From the NCBI RefSeq assembly GCF_001194135.2, contig NC_068985.1, positions 92,976,677 to 93,040,676 of the forward strand: DNA of 64,000 nt, read 5' to 3'. The stretch is from Octopus bimaculoides. Lineage: Eukaryota. The first letter of the stretch is position 1; every line of letters starts with the position of its first letter. The translations under genes and the position numbers were made by a program. This document shows, in pieces, positions 39,066 through 52,944 of this stretch. Below the pieces are notes generated by a model. The model made no database searches, had not been told where the DNA came from, and worked only from the letters and a program-made list of their open reading frames with translations.

Positions 39066-39890
39066 AAAAAATATCTTGTACTGCCCTGCTAGTCAGGAAT
39101 AACATGTAACTTAAATATAAAAGTTATTTCAAATGTTACACCTTGCAATTGGTGAGGAGTTTTTTCCTAGCTATGTACAGCATGGCAAATGTTGCAGAAT
39201 CAGTTTACTAGATGGAGTTAAAAGTAAACAGACCACAGTAATTATTCATATACTTTTATTACCACCACCGCAACATCTGCAGTTGTTTGAATTGGCATGA
39301 AGTTAATCATTACGAGATATTGTATAGCCACCATTTTTCTCTCCTGTTATCCACACTATTATCAAATAAATATCTTCAACTCAAACCCGTGCTTCCTAAT
39401 CACTAATAACATGTCAAGGATGCAAACTAAACATCTTTATTACAAATTAAGGAACTCCCACCAAAGCATCTCTGATGTAACCTGTCTAATAATTGCAACA
39501 ACTGCTATCAATTGATAATTTTGGTTTCTTTGCTGCAATGGAACTCAAGTAATAAACAACTCTCGCTCACTAAGTTCACTGAAGGACTTTCTTTTAGGTT
39601 TATATGAAATAACATTAGCCTGTATTTATTTCTATTGGATTTATTTGACTCTGTCCGTGATGTGTAAGTAGCGAGTTGGCCAGATAAGTGACTGCTGTGT
39701 GGAGGGTGTAGTCACTTATCCTTTTGCAATATTGCAAACTGATTTGGTTTTAAGAAATATCAACTTTTCTTATTGATTTTTCTGGTCTTACAACATCTTT
39801 AGCTATGATACAATCTATGCACTGAATACTGAAGTTGAAGAAAATTATTTGCAGAAAGTGAGGTAAATGAATTTTGTAAAGATATGGCAT

Positions 39891-40282
39891 CATCATCGTC
39901 ATTTAACATCTGTTTTACATGCTGGCATGGGTTGGATGGTTTGACAGGAAGATGGCGAGGCTGGAGAGCTGCCTGGGCTCCATTTGTCTCCGGATGCCTT
40001 TCTTAATACCAGCCACTTTACACAGTGTACTGATTGCTTTTAATGTGGCACTAACAAAGGCACTTTTATGTGGCACCAGCACAAGTGATTTTGCATGAAA
40101 CCAGTACCCATGACCCTGCAAGACTTGGACCTCTCAGCTGAGAGAGCAATGTAAAGGACTTGTCTATATATATGGATGGCCATGATTTTATTTAGCTTGA
40201 TGTGTCTTTGCAACTACAGCAAACTTCCAGAAGTCTTGGTTTCCTTTCATCTCCTCTGTCAAGCCTATCTTTAAAAATCTCT
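39891..40282 (-). mobile_element. Diverged RTE 3' end (ORF2 tail KIGLTEEMKGNQDFWKFAVVAKTHQAK* plus family B-like UTR)
   Basis: The tail peptide is homologous to 53894..54169 (LGLTEAMTTDRDLWKWAVREKTRQAK*); the UTR ends with ggcatcatcatcgtcatttaac on the + strand. Confidence 0.75.
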
Positions 40283-40283
40283 T

Positions 40284-40380
40284 AGAGGGAGAACCAGGAA
40301 GACATGGAATGAGGTGGTGAAGCATGACCTTCGAACGTTGGACCTCACAGAGGCAATGACAAAAGACCAAGACCTGGAGA
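40284..40380 (+). mobile_element. Short RTE ORF2 fragment (RGRTRKTWNEVVKHDLRTLDLTEAMTKDQDL)
   Basis: Direct translation; homologous to the 53894 and 61092 RTE C-termini. Confidence 0.8.
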
Positions 40381-40387
40381 CCAAGAC

Positions 40388-40540
40388 CTTTCAGTTTCCA
40401 TCTACCAAATCCACTCACAAGGCTTTGGTCGGCCCGAGTCTATAGTAGAAGACACTTGCCCAAGGCGCCATGCTGTGGGACTGAACCCGGAACCATGTGG
40501 TTGGTAAGCAAGCTACTTACCACACAGCCACTCCTGCACC

Positions 40541-40541
<1 letters not shown>
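40388..40541 (-). mobile_element. SINE family A 5' module only
   Basis: tttcagtttccatctaccaaatccactcacaaggc..ccacacagccactcctgcacc. A tail-only copy lies at 47450-47532(-) and a diverged copy at 60538-60850(-). Confidence 0.85.
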
Positions 40542-40603
<62 letters not shown>

Positions 40604-42046
40604 TACGTGTGTGTGTGTGTGTTCAAAAAAATCTAATACTTCTGGGAAAGTATTGTTAAACACTATTTATTAAAGGAATTCATAATATCATGGCTTAGTA
40701 TTTCTGTCTTGAGTTTGACATAAAATTGTTCTACTTGTACATGAGAAAAGCAGTGCTCTTACAACAGCAGTCCATCCACCTTCAAAATTTGTTCTTGGTT
40801 TATATATTGATGGATATTGCAAGTCTTAAGTATATATGAATTTGTGATTTCTGGAACTGAAATGGCCTAATCAATCAAATGGTTATAAAGTGATAAAAAA
40901 TTTTTACATAGTGAAACTTTTTTACGCAAAGATCATTACATAAAAATATTATTGGTTAATACTGAGATTTGTAGGAAACCATTTTCTTTGCAACATGTGG
41001 TCTTTACTGCAAAGAAATGCACAATAAAGAGAAGACTTACCACTGTGAAATTTTTACGAGAAATATTTTGTCCATAACAGTATTTTAACAAAACACAAAA
41101 GAATATGCACTGGAACAAAACTATTTCTCTGTGAATATGTAAGAAATCTTCCATTAAGAATTCGAGACTTGCTCTCTACAAATTTAGTTAAATGGGAGAA
41201 AACCCTTTCATTGTAAACAGTGTGAAAAATCCTTTGTCTCTAGCATTATTTTAACAATACACAAAAGAATAAACTCTACAAAAATTCCAATCCATATTTT
41301 GCTTCTGGTGACAGATATACATATGTAAACATGCAATACGTTTGCATGTTTACCTATATACATATATACATATATACATACATTTTTTTTTTTTTTTTTT
41401 TTTGCACAAACATACATATATGTTTCTTCTAAAACGAATGAATAACGGTAAAATGTAGCTGTCACCAAGCAATAGAAGAGGAGAGAAATAGGCTAAGCAA
41501 TATGCTTGGAAGCATTTCTTGAATAGAAGATAGATCTGTAAAATAAAATATTTGATACCTTCATACTCTGTGCTGCAACAAATACACTTGTTGATAGGGG
41601 TTAAAGAATAGAATTTTTAATAAATATAGTATTTTGTGCTTTCCTTTTTACTTTTTTTTCTTTTCTCATCTACATATTAATTCTGCTGATATTTATGTTA
41701 CGTTTATTTCACTAAATTAACATGTATCTACATGTATGTGTGTGCGTGTGTATTTAAGTAAGCTTATTTCTTGGGTGTATAATTTTTAGTCAACTGAAGC
41801 ATGCTTATATGTGTTTGTATGTGTATAGATAATATAGCTTTGCGACATTGGTTTCATCAGAACCAGAATTTTAAACAATCCAAGGACAAAAACTAGAATT
41901 AAAAGAACTAATGGCTGTATTTTAGCACCTGTTTATTATTTAGAATTTAATCGAAACCAGTAAGGGTGCCTGCTTGTAAAACATTGCCTCAATTACATTC
42001 ACCTAACACATGCAAACCTGGAAAAATAGATGGTATATAAGAGTGG

Positions 42047-42153
<107 letters not shown>

Positions 42154-42487
42154 GGGATAAAAATCCAAATTTACAGGTAAAAACTCAATTAAATTCACAT
42201 AATTATACACACACGCGTTTATATTATATTATATTATATTATACTTTATATTATACTTATTTTCATCGATGAGTTCATGAACCTTGGTTCTTTTCTCTAA
42301 AACTCTATATTTATATATATATATATAGGGGGAGGATGTATATGCAATATGTCTCTATGCACACATATATGTATATAATGTGTATGCATGAACATGTGTA
42401 TGAGTGTATGTATCTGGCTACTTGTTCCCTTGTATATTAGTGAACAATATTAATTTGAGTTTTTTTTTTCCCCCTCTTCTGTTGTAG

Positions 42488-42667
42488 GTTATGATAAATC
42501 AATTCCTGGTTTTTCTCGTTATGAAGTTGTTGGCAATTTAAACCTTGGAGAATACAATCTTATGATAACAAATGTGGAATTACGTGATGACACAGAATAC
42601 CAGTGTCAGGTGTTACCAACACCTGGTAATCCAGCATTAATGGCATCAGCTTATCTCACAGTTCATA
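42488..42667 (+). CDS. NPHS1-like: Nephrin-like exon: second half of Ig1 (GYDKSIPGFSRYEVVGNLNLGEYNLMITNVELRDDTEYQCQVLPTPGNPALMASAYLTVH)
   Basis: Acceptor cttctgttgtag|GT and donor CATA|gtaagt; 180 bp, phase 1/1. Joins the 11778-11909 exon in frame (G|GT=Gly). PGF.RY, GEYNL.I and DD.EYQCQV motifs of nephrin Ig1. Confidence 0.95.
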
Positions 42668-44022
42668 GTAAGTGATATAATCGCATTGCATATATTTTCC
42701 TTTATTCACAAGTAATTTGATAAATTGTTTTTGATATTTTTACTATAACTGGTATGTATTTGAATGTGTTTTATAGTTTTCTGTCTAATTCTATAATATT
42801 CTTTGTAGATTTAATTTTATTAACAATTTTATTGTGATCAATGTAGAATACTTAAACTTCCTAAAATATCTTCTGTTTTTTTTTTATGAAAGTTAACATT
42901 CATGCTTTATGAGATAATCTGATTTATAAAACTATCAATCATTGGGAATTTTTGTCTTGAAAAATATCAAGCGTTCTTGTCTGACATAATTTATACAAAT
43001 GCATAGGCTTCTTTAAATGTCAGAAATTTTTATTATTCTGTGATTTAAAATCTTTTCTTGCTAAATAAAACTTTCTGTTGAATGTAACAGCACTTAAGGT
43101 GACAGGCCTGCTTTTTAGACAAATTATAAATCTTTACATTATGCATTGAAGGTCAACATTCAGTGTGTACCTTATTTGATAATTTCTTCACCCAGCCCGG
43201 AATAAATATTTTAATGCTTCAATAAATGTCTTAAGAAATACATTATTCAGTATTTTTAACAATTTTGATGTTTGTAATGTCTGTGCAGGAATAAAAATCA
43301 AATGCTCTACCTCTTTCTTTTAAACAACAGATCAAATAACCCTTCACTATATATTTATTTACATTGAAGTTATCTCATTCTTGATATCAAATATCTTAAG
43401 CCTAGTCATATCCAAACTTATTTTTCACACTAAATGTAGCTATACAAAAATTTATAACCATTCGTAAACAATAAATTATCAAATAAGAATGCTACCTCTA
43501 TAAGTTATGCAATCCTTTATCTACTTGAGTTTGTTGTTTCAAAAGTTTTCTTTTTAAAACCATTTTCTTATCTCAGACCATTACAAAAAATAAAAAGAAG
43601 GAAAAAAAGAACTGTCTTCTCATTGCACATATAATACATCTCTTGTTCTTTCCTTAAACTATTATGATGCTACCAGTGGTCCATCATTCTTTTCTTTCCT
43701 TACAATAACATGTTAGAAAAAAAAGAAAAAAAGAGAAAGAAATTCTCACAAACTTCTATCCACAATATTATCTTATTTTAGATCTTCTCTATTATCTATT
43801 CACTTGGTGATCAACCTGTGAAAATTTAAGGGGAATATTATTGAATAAATATAACCTTATTCTCCTTCACTGGCTATATTTCTATATCAAAAGCCTTCTC
43901 CTGTTACAGACCCAACCTGTAACCAATGGTTAAAAAAAAACTAAAGCAAACATGTGAATAGTGTATATATTAAATTATATTGTGCATACATGTATTCTTA
44001 ATGTGTTTCTTTCACTTTTTAG

Positions 44023-44349
44023 TCCCTCCTGATGTTCCAAAAATAGTTGGACACAAGAATGCCTCAACTATTGACATCCCATACACACAAGATGAGATAA
44101 AATTAGAATGTGTTGCACATAATGGCCGTCCTGCTGCTCGTTTAGAGTGGTTTAAGGATGGAGAGAAAATAACAACGGGCATTTCATACCGGACAGAGAC
44201 AAAGCCTGGGGAGAAACTATCAACAGCAATAAGTGTTCTAACTTACAGACCCAAGTTTAATTACAATGATGCTTTACTAAGTTGTCAGGCTTCAAATGAT
44301 GCTGTACAGGGTCCTCCTCTTGAAACTTTCGTACAACTTAGTATATCTT
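44023..44349 (+). CDS. NPHS1-like: Nephrin-like exon: Ig2 (C2-set; IPPDVPKIVG...LECVAHNGRPAARLEWFKDG...LLSCQASNDAVQGPPLETFVQLSIS)
   Basis: Acceptor ttcactttttag|TC and donor TCTT|gtaaga; 327 bp, phase 1/1. Both Ig cysteines and the Trp are present. Lies inside track ORF 43980..44477. Confidence 0.95.
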
Positions 44350-46111
44350 GTAAGAACCGCTTTTTCTTTCTTCGATTTTTGATTCACTTTGATTTGAACA
44401 TTCAGTTATTAATTTCACTTGTACTTTCTCAATCTGTTACTGATGTTGAGGTAAGTACAGTATGCTTATCTCAGTAAAGTACCTTGCAGTTTACCCCTGG
44501 ATATTTGTTGTCCTTAAAAGAGAAACTATCTACTTTTACAGAAATTATGTATACAGCTTCAGCCAGGTGGCTTTTCACAATATCAGTGAATGTTTTATTC
44601 ACTGCTTCCTATATCAGAGGCAATAAATCTTGTCTAGATATGTGGTTTGTTGTGAGTACATGCCATTGATAAGGCCCAACTAGGCCAAAATGCATTTCAT
44701 ATTCTTGCTAGCTGCTACTGCTATCACAGTGTTTTGCCTCCTTCTGATATGTACTGTGTTTTTAAACACTGCATGTCCATAGAGACTGTTGTTTTGGATG
44801 CATACTGCAGCAACTTGCCTATCAGTGATGTATATACATTAAATATGGTACATAGGTGGTTGTTTTATTATCATCATTATTCAGTCATTGAATTTTCAGA
44901 TCAATTGAAGCCTTATAAGTGAATTCAGTTGAGAGAAACTGAAGCAGCTTGTTGTGCATGTGGTGTGTGGGTGTATATCTATATCTGTGTGGTGTATATA
45001 TATATATATATTCATTTTTACTGAAAATATATATTATATATATATATATATATCATCATCATCATCATCATATATCTACTCATATAATAGTGTACAAACA
45101 ATTAAGTATTTATACACGAAAGAGGTGGCCTTTGACAGGACACCTTACATGCTAGAAAGGGCAGTCACAACCCAAACCACTATAGGTATATAGATATGTG
45201 TGTGCATTTCTCTCGTGTTCACTAGTTAGTAAGGAAAGGTTTCCTGCCAGTGTCATTGGATTGCAACCCAGTCTGGGCTTTTTGTCATGTTACTTCATCA
45301 TAGTCTCTTTAAACAGTGTTGTTTGTATCCAGTTCCTTGCATATAAACATCTCTGGAGTGTTAGTTGTTCAGTAGACTGGTATATTTATAAAGTACCAGA
45401 CAGGTATTGGGGTTTATATACTTGACCAATCCCTTCCACTCCAAATTAGAGGCTTTCTGCCTTAATTATAAACAGTTATCATCATCATCATCATTATTTA
45501 ATGTTTACATTTATCTGTAATATTATTTTTCTCTGCAATCAAATATGTCAGTATTTCAAATGTATTGAATGTTATGTTCAATCATTGATTTTATTAAATT
45601 AAAGAATATTTACGTTTGTCGTTAGTTGCTCTAAAATATGGAATATTTTTGAAAGGGAAAATGAAAGGCAATTTCTCCGCAGAACAAAGAAGGAACATTC
45701 GTTTCACTTTCTGATGAGATTTTTCCATTACAAGCATACTGTAGGCTTAGACTACAGTAAATTATCTTCATTTTTAATTAAGAATAGTATTTTACTGAAT
45801 AAGAAAAGATTTTCTAAAAGTTTGTTTCATAATATCTAAATTAGGAAAACCAAAAAATGTAAAAATGAAAATTAGAGAAAAAATATCATTTACATTAATA
45901 AATTAACTATTGAAGAAGGATAATTATGATAATTAAGATTGATGATTTAAATTCCAATGAATTGTTTGTCATGTGTTTACCAAAATCCAAATCAATATAT
46001 ATTTATAAGAACGGTAGTTTTTAAAAGTTTACCGTTTAGAATATATAACGTCTGTGTTACCACACACACGCACATTCACTTGTATGTAAATATGTTTTCT
46101 TGTAATTTCAG

Positions 46112-46402
46112 TCCCACCAGGCGAACCTCACATCAGCGGTTATCACGAAGGTCAAGTAGTACGCATTAACGATACCTTGCACCTGAAATGTGTTTCTGAA
46201 GGTGGTAATCCTCCTGCACTTGTTATCTGGTATAAGAATAACAAAGAAATTGACCGGTCTTACTTCACTGAACAGAATAAGGCAGAAAATGACCTAACCT
46301 TAACTGTTGAATCTTCTGATAATGATGCTATTTTCAAATGTGAAGCATCTAATACTGCAACAGTTAATCCATTAGTTGCATCTTTCAAGCTAACAGTGCA
46401 CT
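46112..46402 (+). CDS. NPHS1-like: Nephrin-like exon: Ig3 (FPPGEPHISGYHEGQVVRINDTLHLKCVSEGGNPPALVIWYKN...FKCEASNTATVNPLVASFKLTVH)
   Basis: Acceptor tgtaatttcag|TC and donor CACT|gtaagt; 291 bp, phase 1/1. C.S.GGNPPA.V.WYKN and DN.A.F.CEASN motifs typical of Sns/nephrin Ig3. Confidence 0.95.
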
Positions 46403-48697
46403 GTAAGTTGATAACAGTTTATATAAAATTTTCTTGTTCAAATATATGTGACGTACTAACGAAGTATGAATTGTTTGACATGGAATATCATTATTATTAT
46501 TATTGTATAAGTTTTCTTACAATTGTTTTCCTATTAATTCCTTGAAACAATATTTAGTCTTCAGTTTATGACTAAATTACTAGCATGCTGTTGGTTTATC
46601 TTTGTCTCAACTAATTTAAAAATCAGTCGTCTAGAACTATTTGATTCAGTAATGATGTTTATTATTATTGTAATAAAGTAAATAACACAACCAAGAAAAG
46701 ACAAGATTATTCCTTTATTTATGTTGTCTATTACTGAATTATTATTTTTTTATGTTGTAAAATATAGAAGAGAAATGGTTTCATATGCTTTCAGTTATAG
46801 ATTAAGTTGTAAAACATTTACATACATATGTATTTATATATGTGTGTGTATGCATCTCAAATATTCTGACACCATAATATAAACATTTATTTCATTCTGC
46901 TCTGAGGTAACAATTCAGTTCTTGAACTGCACTTTGCTTTATCTGCAGCATCAGAAATGTGTGTGTGTGTGTGTTATAACTTGATTCACGAAGATTTATC
47001 AGTTGATAAATCATCCGGTCCAATCAGCAGGATGAAATATTTAATTGAATGAGCATTCATTGCAAGTCATAATAGTGGATGTAAGGTTCTTCTTGGAGGT
47101 GTGATTGGCAAAGTGCTAATTGATACGAATAATGCAAGAGTTTGTGAACAGTTTAGTTGAATTTGAATAAGGTTCTTTCATTTTACACACACTTACATAG
47201 TCAATGTATTTGTCAATTTTTTGATATACAACATTTATATAGCTCATAATTTTTGTCTGTGTGTCTGACTTCTGACATTTAGCTTGCTATCTCATTGTTC
47301 CTTCTATTTTTACACTTCTATTCTTAATGCATTGTTTAGTGAAAATGTTAGCTAACTTATAATATTTCCACAACCACTGCATTTAACTCTATCGTGGGAT
47401 ATTTCTGATGTTGAAAACAATGGAAATAATCACAGCCATTAAAGTGGTTTACTCTTTACTCTTTTACTTGTTTCAGTCATTTGACTGTGGCCATGCTGGA
47501 GCACCGCCTTTAGTCGAGCAAATCGACCCCAGTGCTTTGTTTCCTCCTATATTTATATTTACAGTACATATGCTCACACTCTATGCTGTGTATCTGTGTG
47601 TATAAAGCCCTAGCCATCTCCCATGAGCTAATGTGAATTGGTAGCATGTCCCATACTTTCGTTAATTGCTTTAGGCCCCTATGAAGCCAAGAGCAGACAA
47701 CAACTCTCTCTTAGCCCTCTCACTAGTCAACAGACGCGGAATTTTTTTTAAATTTCTTTTCTAGTTTCTTGTAAAACTGAATATGAAGATTAAAAGTGCA
47801 TTCTGAAGTTGTTTTGAATTGATTTGGGCTAAGATTTAAGCAGTGCTACTATCCAACATGCACACTGCAGCACAATAGTCTGTTTTTGAAAGGCAATTAA
47901 TGATGGGATGGCAATTGTTCAGAGCAGCTCAATAACAGGAGCAAGCCTATCCCATCTTTTTGTTTCAAACTTACCCAAACAAAGTTTGTTGTTCAAATTT
48001 CTCTCCTATATGTCTTTTAAGTATCCTTCTTAAATTTCATACTTTGTAAAGTGGTTGACATTAGAAAGGGCATCCAGCTATAGAAACTATGGGCATTATA
48101 ACCCTTTGGATCTTGTCAAACTGTCCAACCATGCCAGTGTTGTAGAAGTTGAATGGCGATAATGAAAAGTTACATCTAATCATAACTCTCCATTCAATAT
48201 TGAATACTATTTTTGCTTCTGTTCTTACTTGTGTGTGTGTTTGTGTGAAAGTATCTGAGATGTATATTAAGAGGTTATATACAGACAATATATTTGCATC
48301 ATCATTCCTGTAATGTTTTTAGTGATTAACTACAGTGGTTAATGTATTAGTGAGAGACAAAAAATACATTTATTTATTGTCATCATCATCATCATCACCA
48401 TATTCTATCTTTAATACTTTCGTTTGTTTTAGCTTTCAGAAAAATTACGAAATATTATCCATCACTTTAGTTTCTAAGTTTACCTTCCAATGAAAGAATT
48501 TTGAGAGGGAAATATTCATTTATATGTAAAATTATTCAGCTGTGTTTTTCTTTCTTTCTTTTTTGTTTTTAGACATTTCTAAACATTTACATTTTTGCTT
48601 GTTTTTATCAGCTGTATTGAGAAGAACTATTTTTCGCAACTCCACTAAAAAGTTCCCCCTATCTCTCCCTCTCTCTCTCTCTCTCCCTCTCTCTTTA

Positions 48698-48729
<32 letters not shown>

Positions 48730-48829
48730 CTTAAATATGTTTATTATGCTTATGTGTGACTATAGTCACATGTCTACTACAAAGGTCAGTGATATAACTT
48801 AACTGGACCATTTGGTGTTTCACTTGCTA

Positions 48830-49370
48830 AAAAAGCAACCTGTTCTTTAGAAACCAACAGCATACGTAGGTCTGATCTGATTCTGGTTGGCATATTTAAA
48901 CTTGGGAATGAAGAAGTCGATGTATTATGATTGCAGGGTGCAAGAAAAGATACTTGGTGACTCCAGAAATACAAAAATTATTTATCATCTTCAAGAAGGG
49001 ATACAAGGCAGATTTATATCAATTACAAAAGAATCCCACTAATGCTGGAGAACATTTTGTTTAGAATCTTCTTCATCCAATTCATCCTGACATCAGAGAC
49101 TCACCTGTTCTTAAAGGGAATTCCAAAATGTACAATACATTGTGTACAAGTGGAAATCTTACACAAGTGACCAGTACAAATGGAAACTCATTTCACAAAC
49201 ATTAAGTATAGAAGTAACCCAGAGTGCTTCAAAGACCTGATGTTTGGTCTACAACCAGATTTAGGAATCTCACCTTGATCTGCATAGCTCCATGCCAGTC
49301 CACAGGTGTCAAATAAAGTTAATGAACATATTGAACTTATTCTACTATTTATAGATATACTTGTATATAT
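48830..49370 (+). mobile_element. Heavily decayed RTE-like reverse transcriptase remnant
   Basis: Broken-frame motifs SDLILVGIFKLG, IIFKKG.K, NY.RI.L..NILFRI and KVNEHIELILLFID resemble GPDGIPAE.FK.G, I.KKG, NYRGISLL and EK..E....L..FID. Confidence 0.45.
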
Positions 49371-50087
49371 ATACACGTATAATCATAAGCCACTGAGGAG
49401 CAGTTAAGAATAAACCACCTTGTTAGAAAAGCGCCAGCAACAAAAACACAGTTGCAGGAAATTTGTACCTCATTGTGCATATGTCTGTTATTTGTGTTTC
49501 ATCCCATTCAGTTTTAAACTCTGGTTGGTTTTCGTTCTTTCTAATTCCTCTTATTTTGTCATGTGACTTGAATTGGTTTCAATAACTTATCCATCTCGTT
49601 CTCTGTCCAGAATTGAAAATTCACTTTCACCTTCCATCATGTCACCTTCTATTTCTCACTCTTGTCATTTTAAAGTTATCTCTACATGTATTCTATACAA
49701 TTTAGAGCCAGCACTATAAATTGGTCGATTCAATAGTGTTACACTGCTAAACTCAGTGGCTATTTAAGCAATGTATTCATGGATGGTTATTCAGTGTTGC
49801 CTCTCAATTCTATAGAATATCTGCAGAGATAACTTAAAAGTGATTGAATTACACTTCTAATGCAGGTAGGACACAGTATTGGCTTTTAAACCTTAAGTAT
49901 ATTTAGTAGTGTATTACGGTTGCTGAATGCAATACAGTGTCTCTAACAGCAGTTGCTATCTAGCTCTTATATCCATTCTACTTCAGTTCTTCATATACCA
50001 TTCCACTCATAATAATTTTTCTCACATTTAACTACTGTTTGAGTGTTTAAACATTGTTCATAAATGGTTTCATTTATGGTTTTTCAG

Positions 50088-50387
50088 TTCCTCCAAAGAA
50101 AGTAAAAATCTCCGGTCACAGGCTCGCTAAAGCTGGACAGACTGTGACATTAAAATGTGTCTCAACAAACAGTAATCCAGCAGCAACAATCACTTGGTTT
50201 GCAAGAGGAAGACAGCTTCCAGATGAAAACACCCAAGTAAAGAGTTCACCTAAAGGAGGGTTTATTTCAACATCAATAACCAAAGTTAACTTGACGGGCA
50301 ATGACAATAATGTTATGTATACATGTGTTGCCAAGAATGAATACATCGTCGGTGGAACATCTGATTCAGTTACGTTAAGTGTTCTGT
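50088..50387 (+). CDS. NPHS1-like: Nephrin-like exon: Ig4 (FPPKKVKISG...LKCVSTNSNPAATITWF...DNNVMYTCVAKNEYIVGGTSDSVTLSVL)
   Basis: Acceptor ggtttttcag|TT and donor CTGT|gtaagt; 300 bp, phase 1/1. SNP.A.I.W motif of nephrin Ig4. Confidence 0.95.
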
Positions 50388-51134
50388 GTAAGTATTTATT
50401 TCCATAAATGTGTTAGATTGTCTCATTAATAATATTTCACATAGGATGTAAGGAAAGATTGACTTATTTTGTTTCTGTTAGTTTGTGCCAAATTTTATAG
50501 TCTAAATTACAATGTTTGAAAATTATTCTCATTAATGCATAAACAAGATTAGTTTTGGCGTGTCTGTTGGAATAAATCTCCATATTTAATTAGTTTTCCA
50601 GACAATGCTATTCATTAACTTGGCACTTCTTTTGCTCTAAAGCTTCGAATTTTTCAGTAATTTCATTATATTTTGCAAGTTTATTTTTTTCCCCCATTGA
50701 TTCAAAAAGCCTGTCAAGAAAGTAATCTTTCACCTTAAAGTGCTTGGGGTAATTTACACAGTTTCTGTCATCAGCACTATATGATTGCATATGCAATATA
50801 AGCAAAATGGACTGTGTAATAATAATAATAATAATAATAATATGATGTCCTCATCCACCTGCTGACAGGTAAAAAGCAGTGAAGAAACTGAATACCAAAA
50901 ACCAACCAGATATCAATAGCTTCCATGGCTTTCGGTAACTGACATACAAGAGGAACTTGTTGAATTTTTGTCCTCCTCTGGGTGTAGACTATCCTTTCAG
51001 GATAGATATTTAATTTTTCCATGCAAGTGGACAATAGATGGTATCAATTACTTCAATGTGAATTCAGCCAGAGGAAGAGAATAAAAACGGAAAATTTGAC
51101 ATCTGTACTTTTTAAAATAACATTAGCACTAATG

Positions 51135-51590
51135 ATTGAAACTGAACCAAATTCGATGACTGGCACCTGTGCCAGTGGAGTGCTGACAGCACCATCCGAG
51201 CGGGATCACTGCGAGAGCAGCAGTCTCGCTCCCATGCTGGTGGCACGTAAAAAGCACCATTTGAGTGTGATCATTTCCAGCTTCGCCTTACTGGCACTCG
51301 TGCCGGTTGCATGTGAACAAAACATTGGACTGACTCCTGTGCAGGTGGCACGTAAAAAACACCATTTGAGCGTGGCCGTTGCCAGTACCGCCGGACTGGT
51401 CCTCATGCCAGTGGCATGTAAAAAGCACCAACTACACTCTCGGAGTGGTTAGCATTAGGAAGGGCATCCAACTGTAGAAACTCTGCCAGATCAGATTGGA
51501 GTCTGGTGTAGCCATCTGCTTCGCCAGTCTCCAGGGAAATTGTCCAACCCATGCTAGCATGGAAAGCGGACGTATGATGATGATGATGAA
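51135..51590 (+). mobile_element. Family B long form
   Basis: Collinear with 26612-27085; subrepeats at about 51240, 51345 and 51411; (GAT)n tail. Confidence 0.87.
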
Positions 51591-52616
51591 TAAAGTGAAA
51601 TAGATTTGATCAGAAATGTTGCCACTTTCTGAGAATACAGAACTCTGTCATTGTATGTGTACTATTTTGAAATGGGCTGAGAAAACACATGCAAAATGGT
51701 TTGCAGTGCAGGTTATTAATTAGTAGAACTCTTCAAGTTTCAGCTCTTTTGCCAGACTTTACCTGATTTTAGAAAGAAAAATCATGTTAACATTTTGTTA
51801 TAATGTCTGTATCATGAAAGTTAGTTCCCTCCCGAGTAGTTAGTGTTTTGCTTGTTGAAAGGTTTAGTCCCCACTTCTATTAATAGTATCAGGTGATAAT
51901 AGTTGAAACAGAATTAACAATAAATTTCTAAAACCATACTTCAGTATTATGTTGTTTCAATCCCATATCATAGCCAATAGTTGTATCCAGCACAGTGTTA
52001 ATGTCAGGTGAATTGATTTATACATTTAGCTATATTATTTAATGCAAGAATCTAATCTCAAGCTAATTCATTTGCATTTTTACTCAAGATAATGAAGTGT
52101 AGCTGTGCAGTAGTTTTCAGAAAATCCCCTTCGGATATCATATTAAAGTCGTTGTCTTTAATGATATAGAAAAGAAGTAAAGATTTACCTTCTTACAATC
52201 CTCTGATATCATAGTCACAGTTACTAATTTTTTTTTTGCTATTCTTTTGACTGTAATTTGATATTTTTCTTTTGTTTGTTTGTTTTTTTCTTTTGCAGTT
52301 TTTTCCTTTTTTAAAAGTTTATGTGAATATCATAAATTCTACTAGTTTTTACAGAATTAGTGGAGCTGGAGATGTCAAAGTATTATTCATAATATGATTA
52401 TCACATTTCCTCAAATCTGATTTTCCTTCATATTTTACAAATTATAAGTGAAGAAAATCTTTGAAACTTCTCATGATACTTGTATAAAATGCTACTTCAT
52501 CAAAAATTCCACCTAAGTTTAGTCTAGACATAGGACACACATATTTTTCAGTTTCTACCTGAATTTGCATGAAATATAGTGTATTTATATCAAACTCTTT
52601 GCTTTTCATATTGTAG

Positions 52617-52742
52617 ATCCTCCTGCCAGTCCAACAATTTCTGGTTACAGCCCTGGCAGTGCAGTACACTCTGGTGAAACTGCAAAGTTAACTTGCACAG
52701 CCATTGGGGGAAACCCTTTAGCTTCCCTTAAGTGGTATACAA
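52617..52742 (+). CDS. NPHS1-like: Nephrin-like exon: first half of Ig5 (YPPASPTISGYSPGSAVHSGETAKLTCTAIGGNPLASLKWYT)
   Basis: Acceptor ttttcatattgtag|AT and donor ACAA|gtaagt; 126 bp, phase 1/1. YPP..P.I.GY and C...GGNPLA.L.WY match Sns Ig5. Missed by the ORF track. Confidence 0.93.
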
Positions 52743-52944
52743 GTAAGTATACTTCTATAACTAATGTCCATTTCATCATAATTTTTAAGGAATATCAGTA
52801 ATTTAGTCCATAATTCTTTCATTTCATCTGTTATTTTCTCACTATTTGTTTCAGGTTCTTAAATACATTAAGTTAATATGGACAATGTTTAGTTGTTTTT
52901 TTAAAAAAAAAAAAAGCATTATTATTGTTAGACCAATTTTAGTA

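Noticed and set aside
40190-40380. Twin-priming 5' inversion of one RTE
   Set aside because: The two opposed fragments cover the same ORF2 segment and differ substantially, so they are independent insertions.
44350-44477. C-terminal extensions of track ORFs 43980..44477, 46177..46545 and 50054..50407
   Set aside because: Read-through past canonical GT donors into intron; no Ig character.
51235-51435. CRISPR-like spaced repeats (gtggcacgtaaaaagcacc x3)
   Set aside because: Eukaryotic context; the spacers are the same in other dispersed copies (26.7 kb, 53.0 kb), so these are internal subrepeats of a retroelement UTR.
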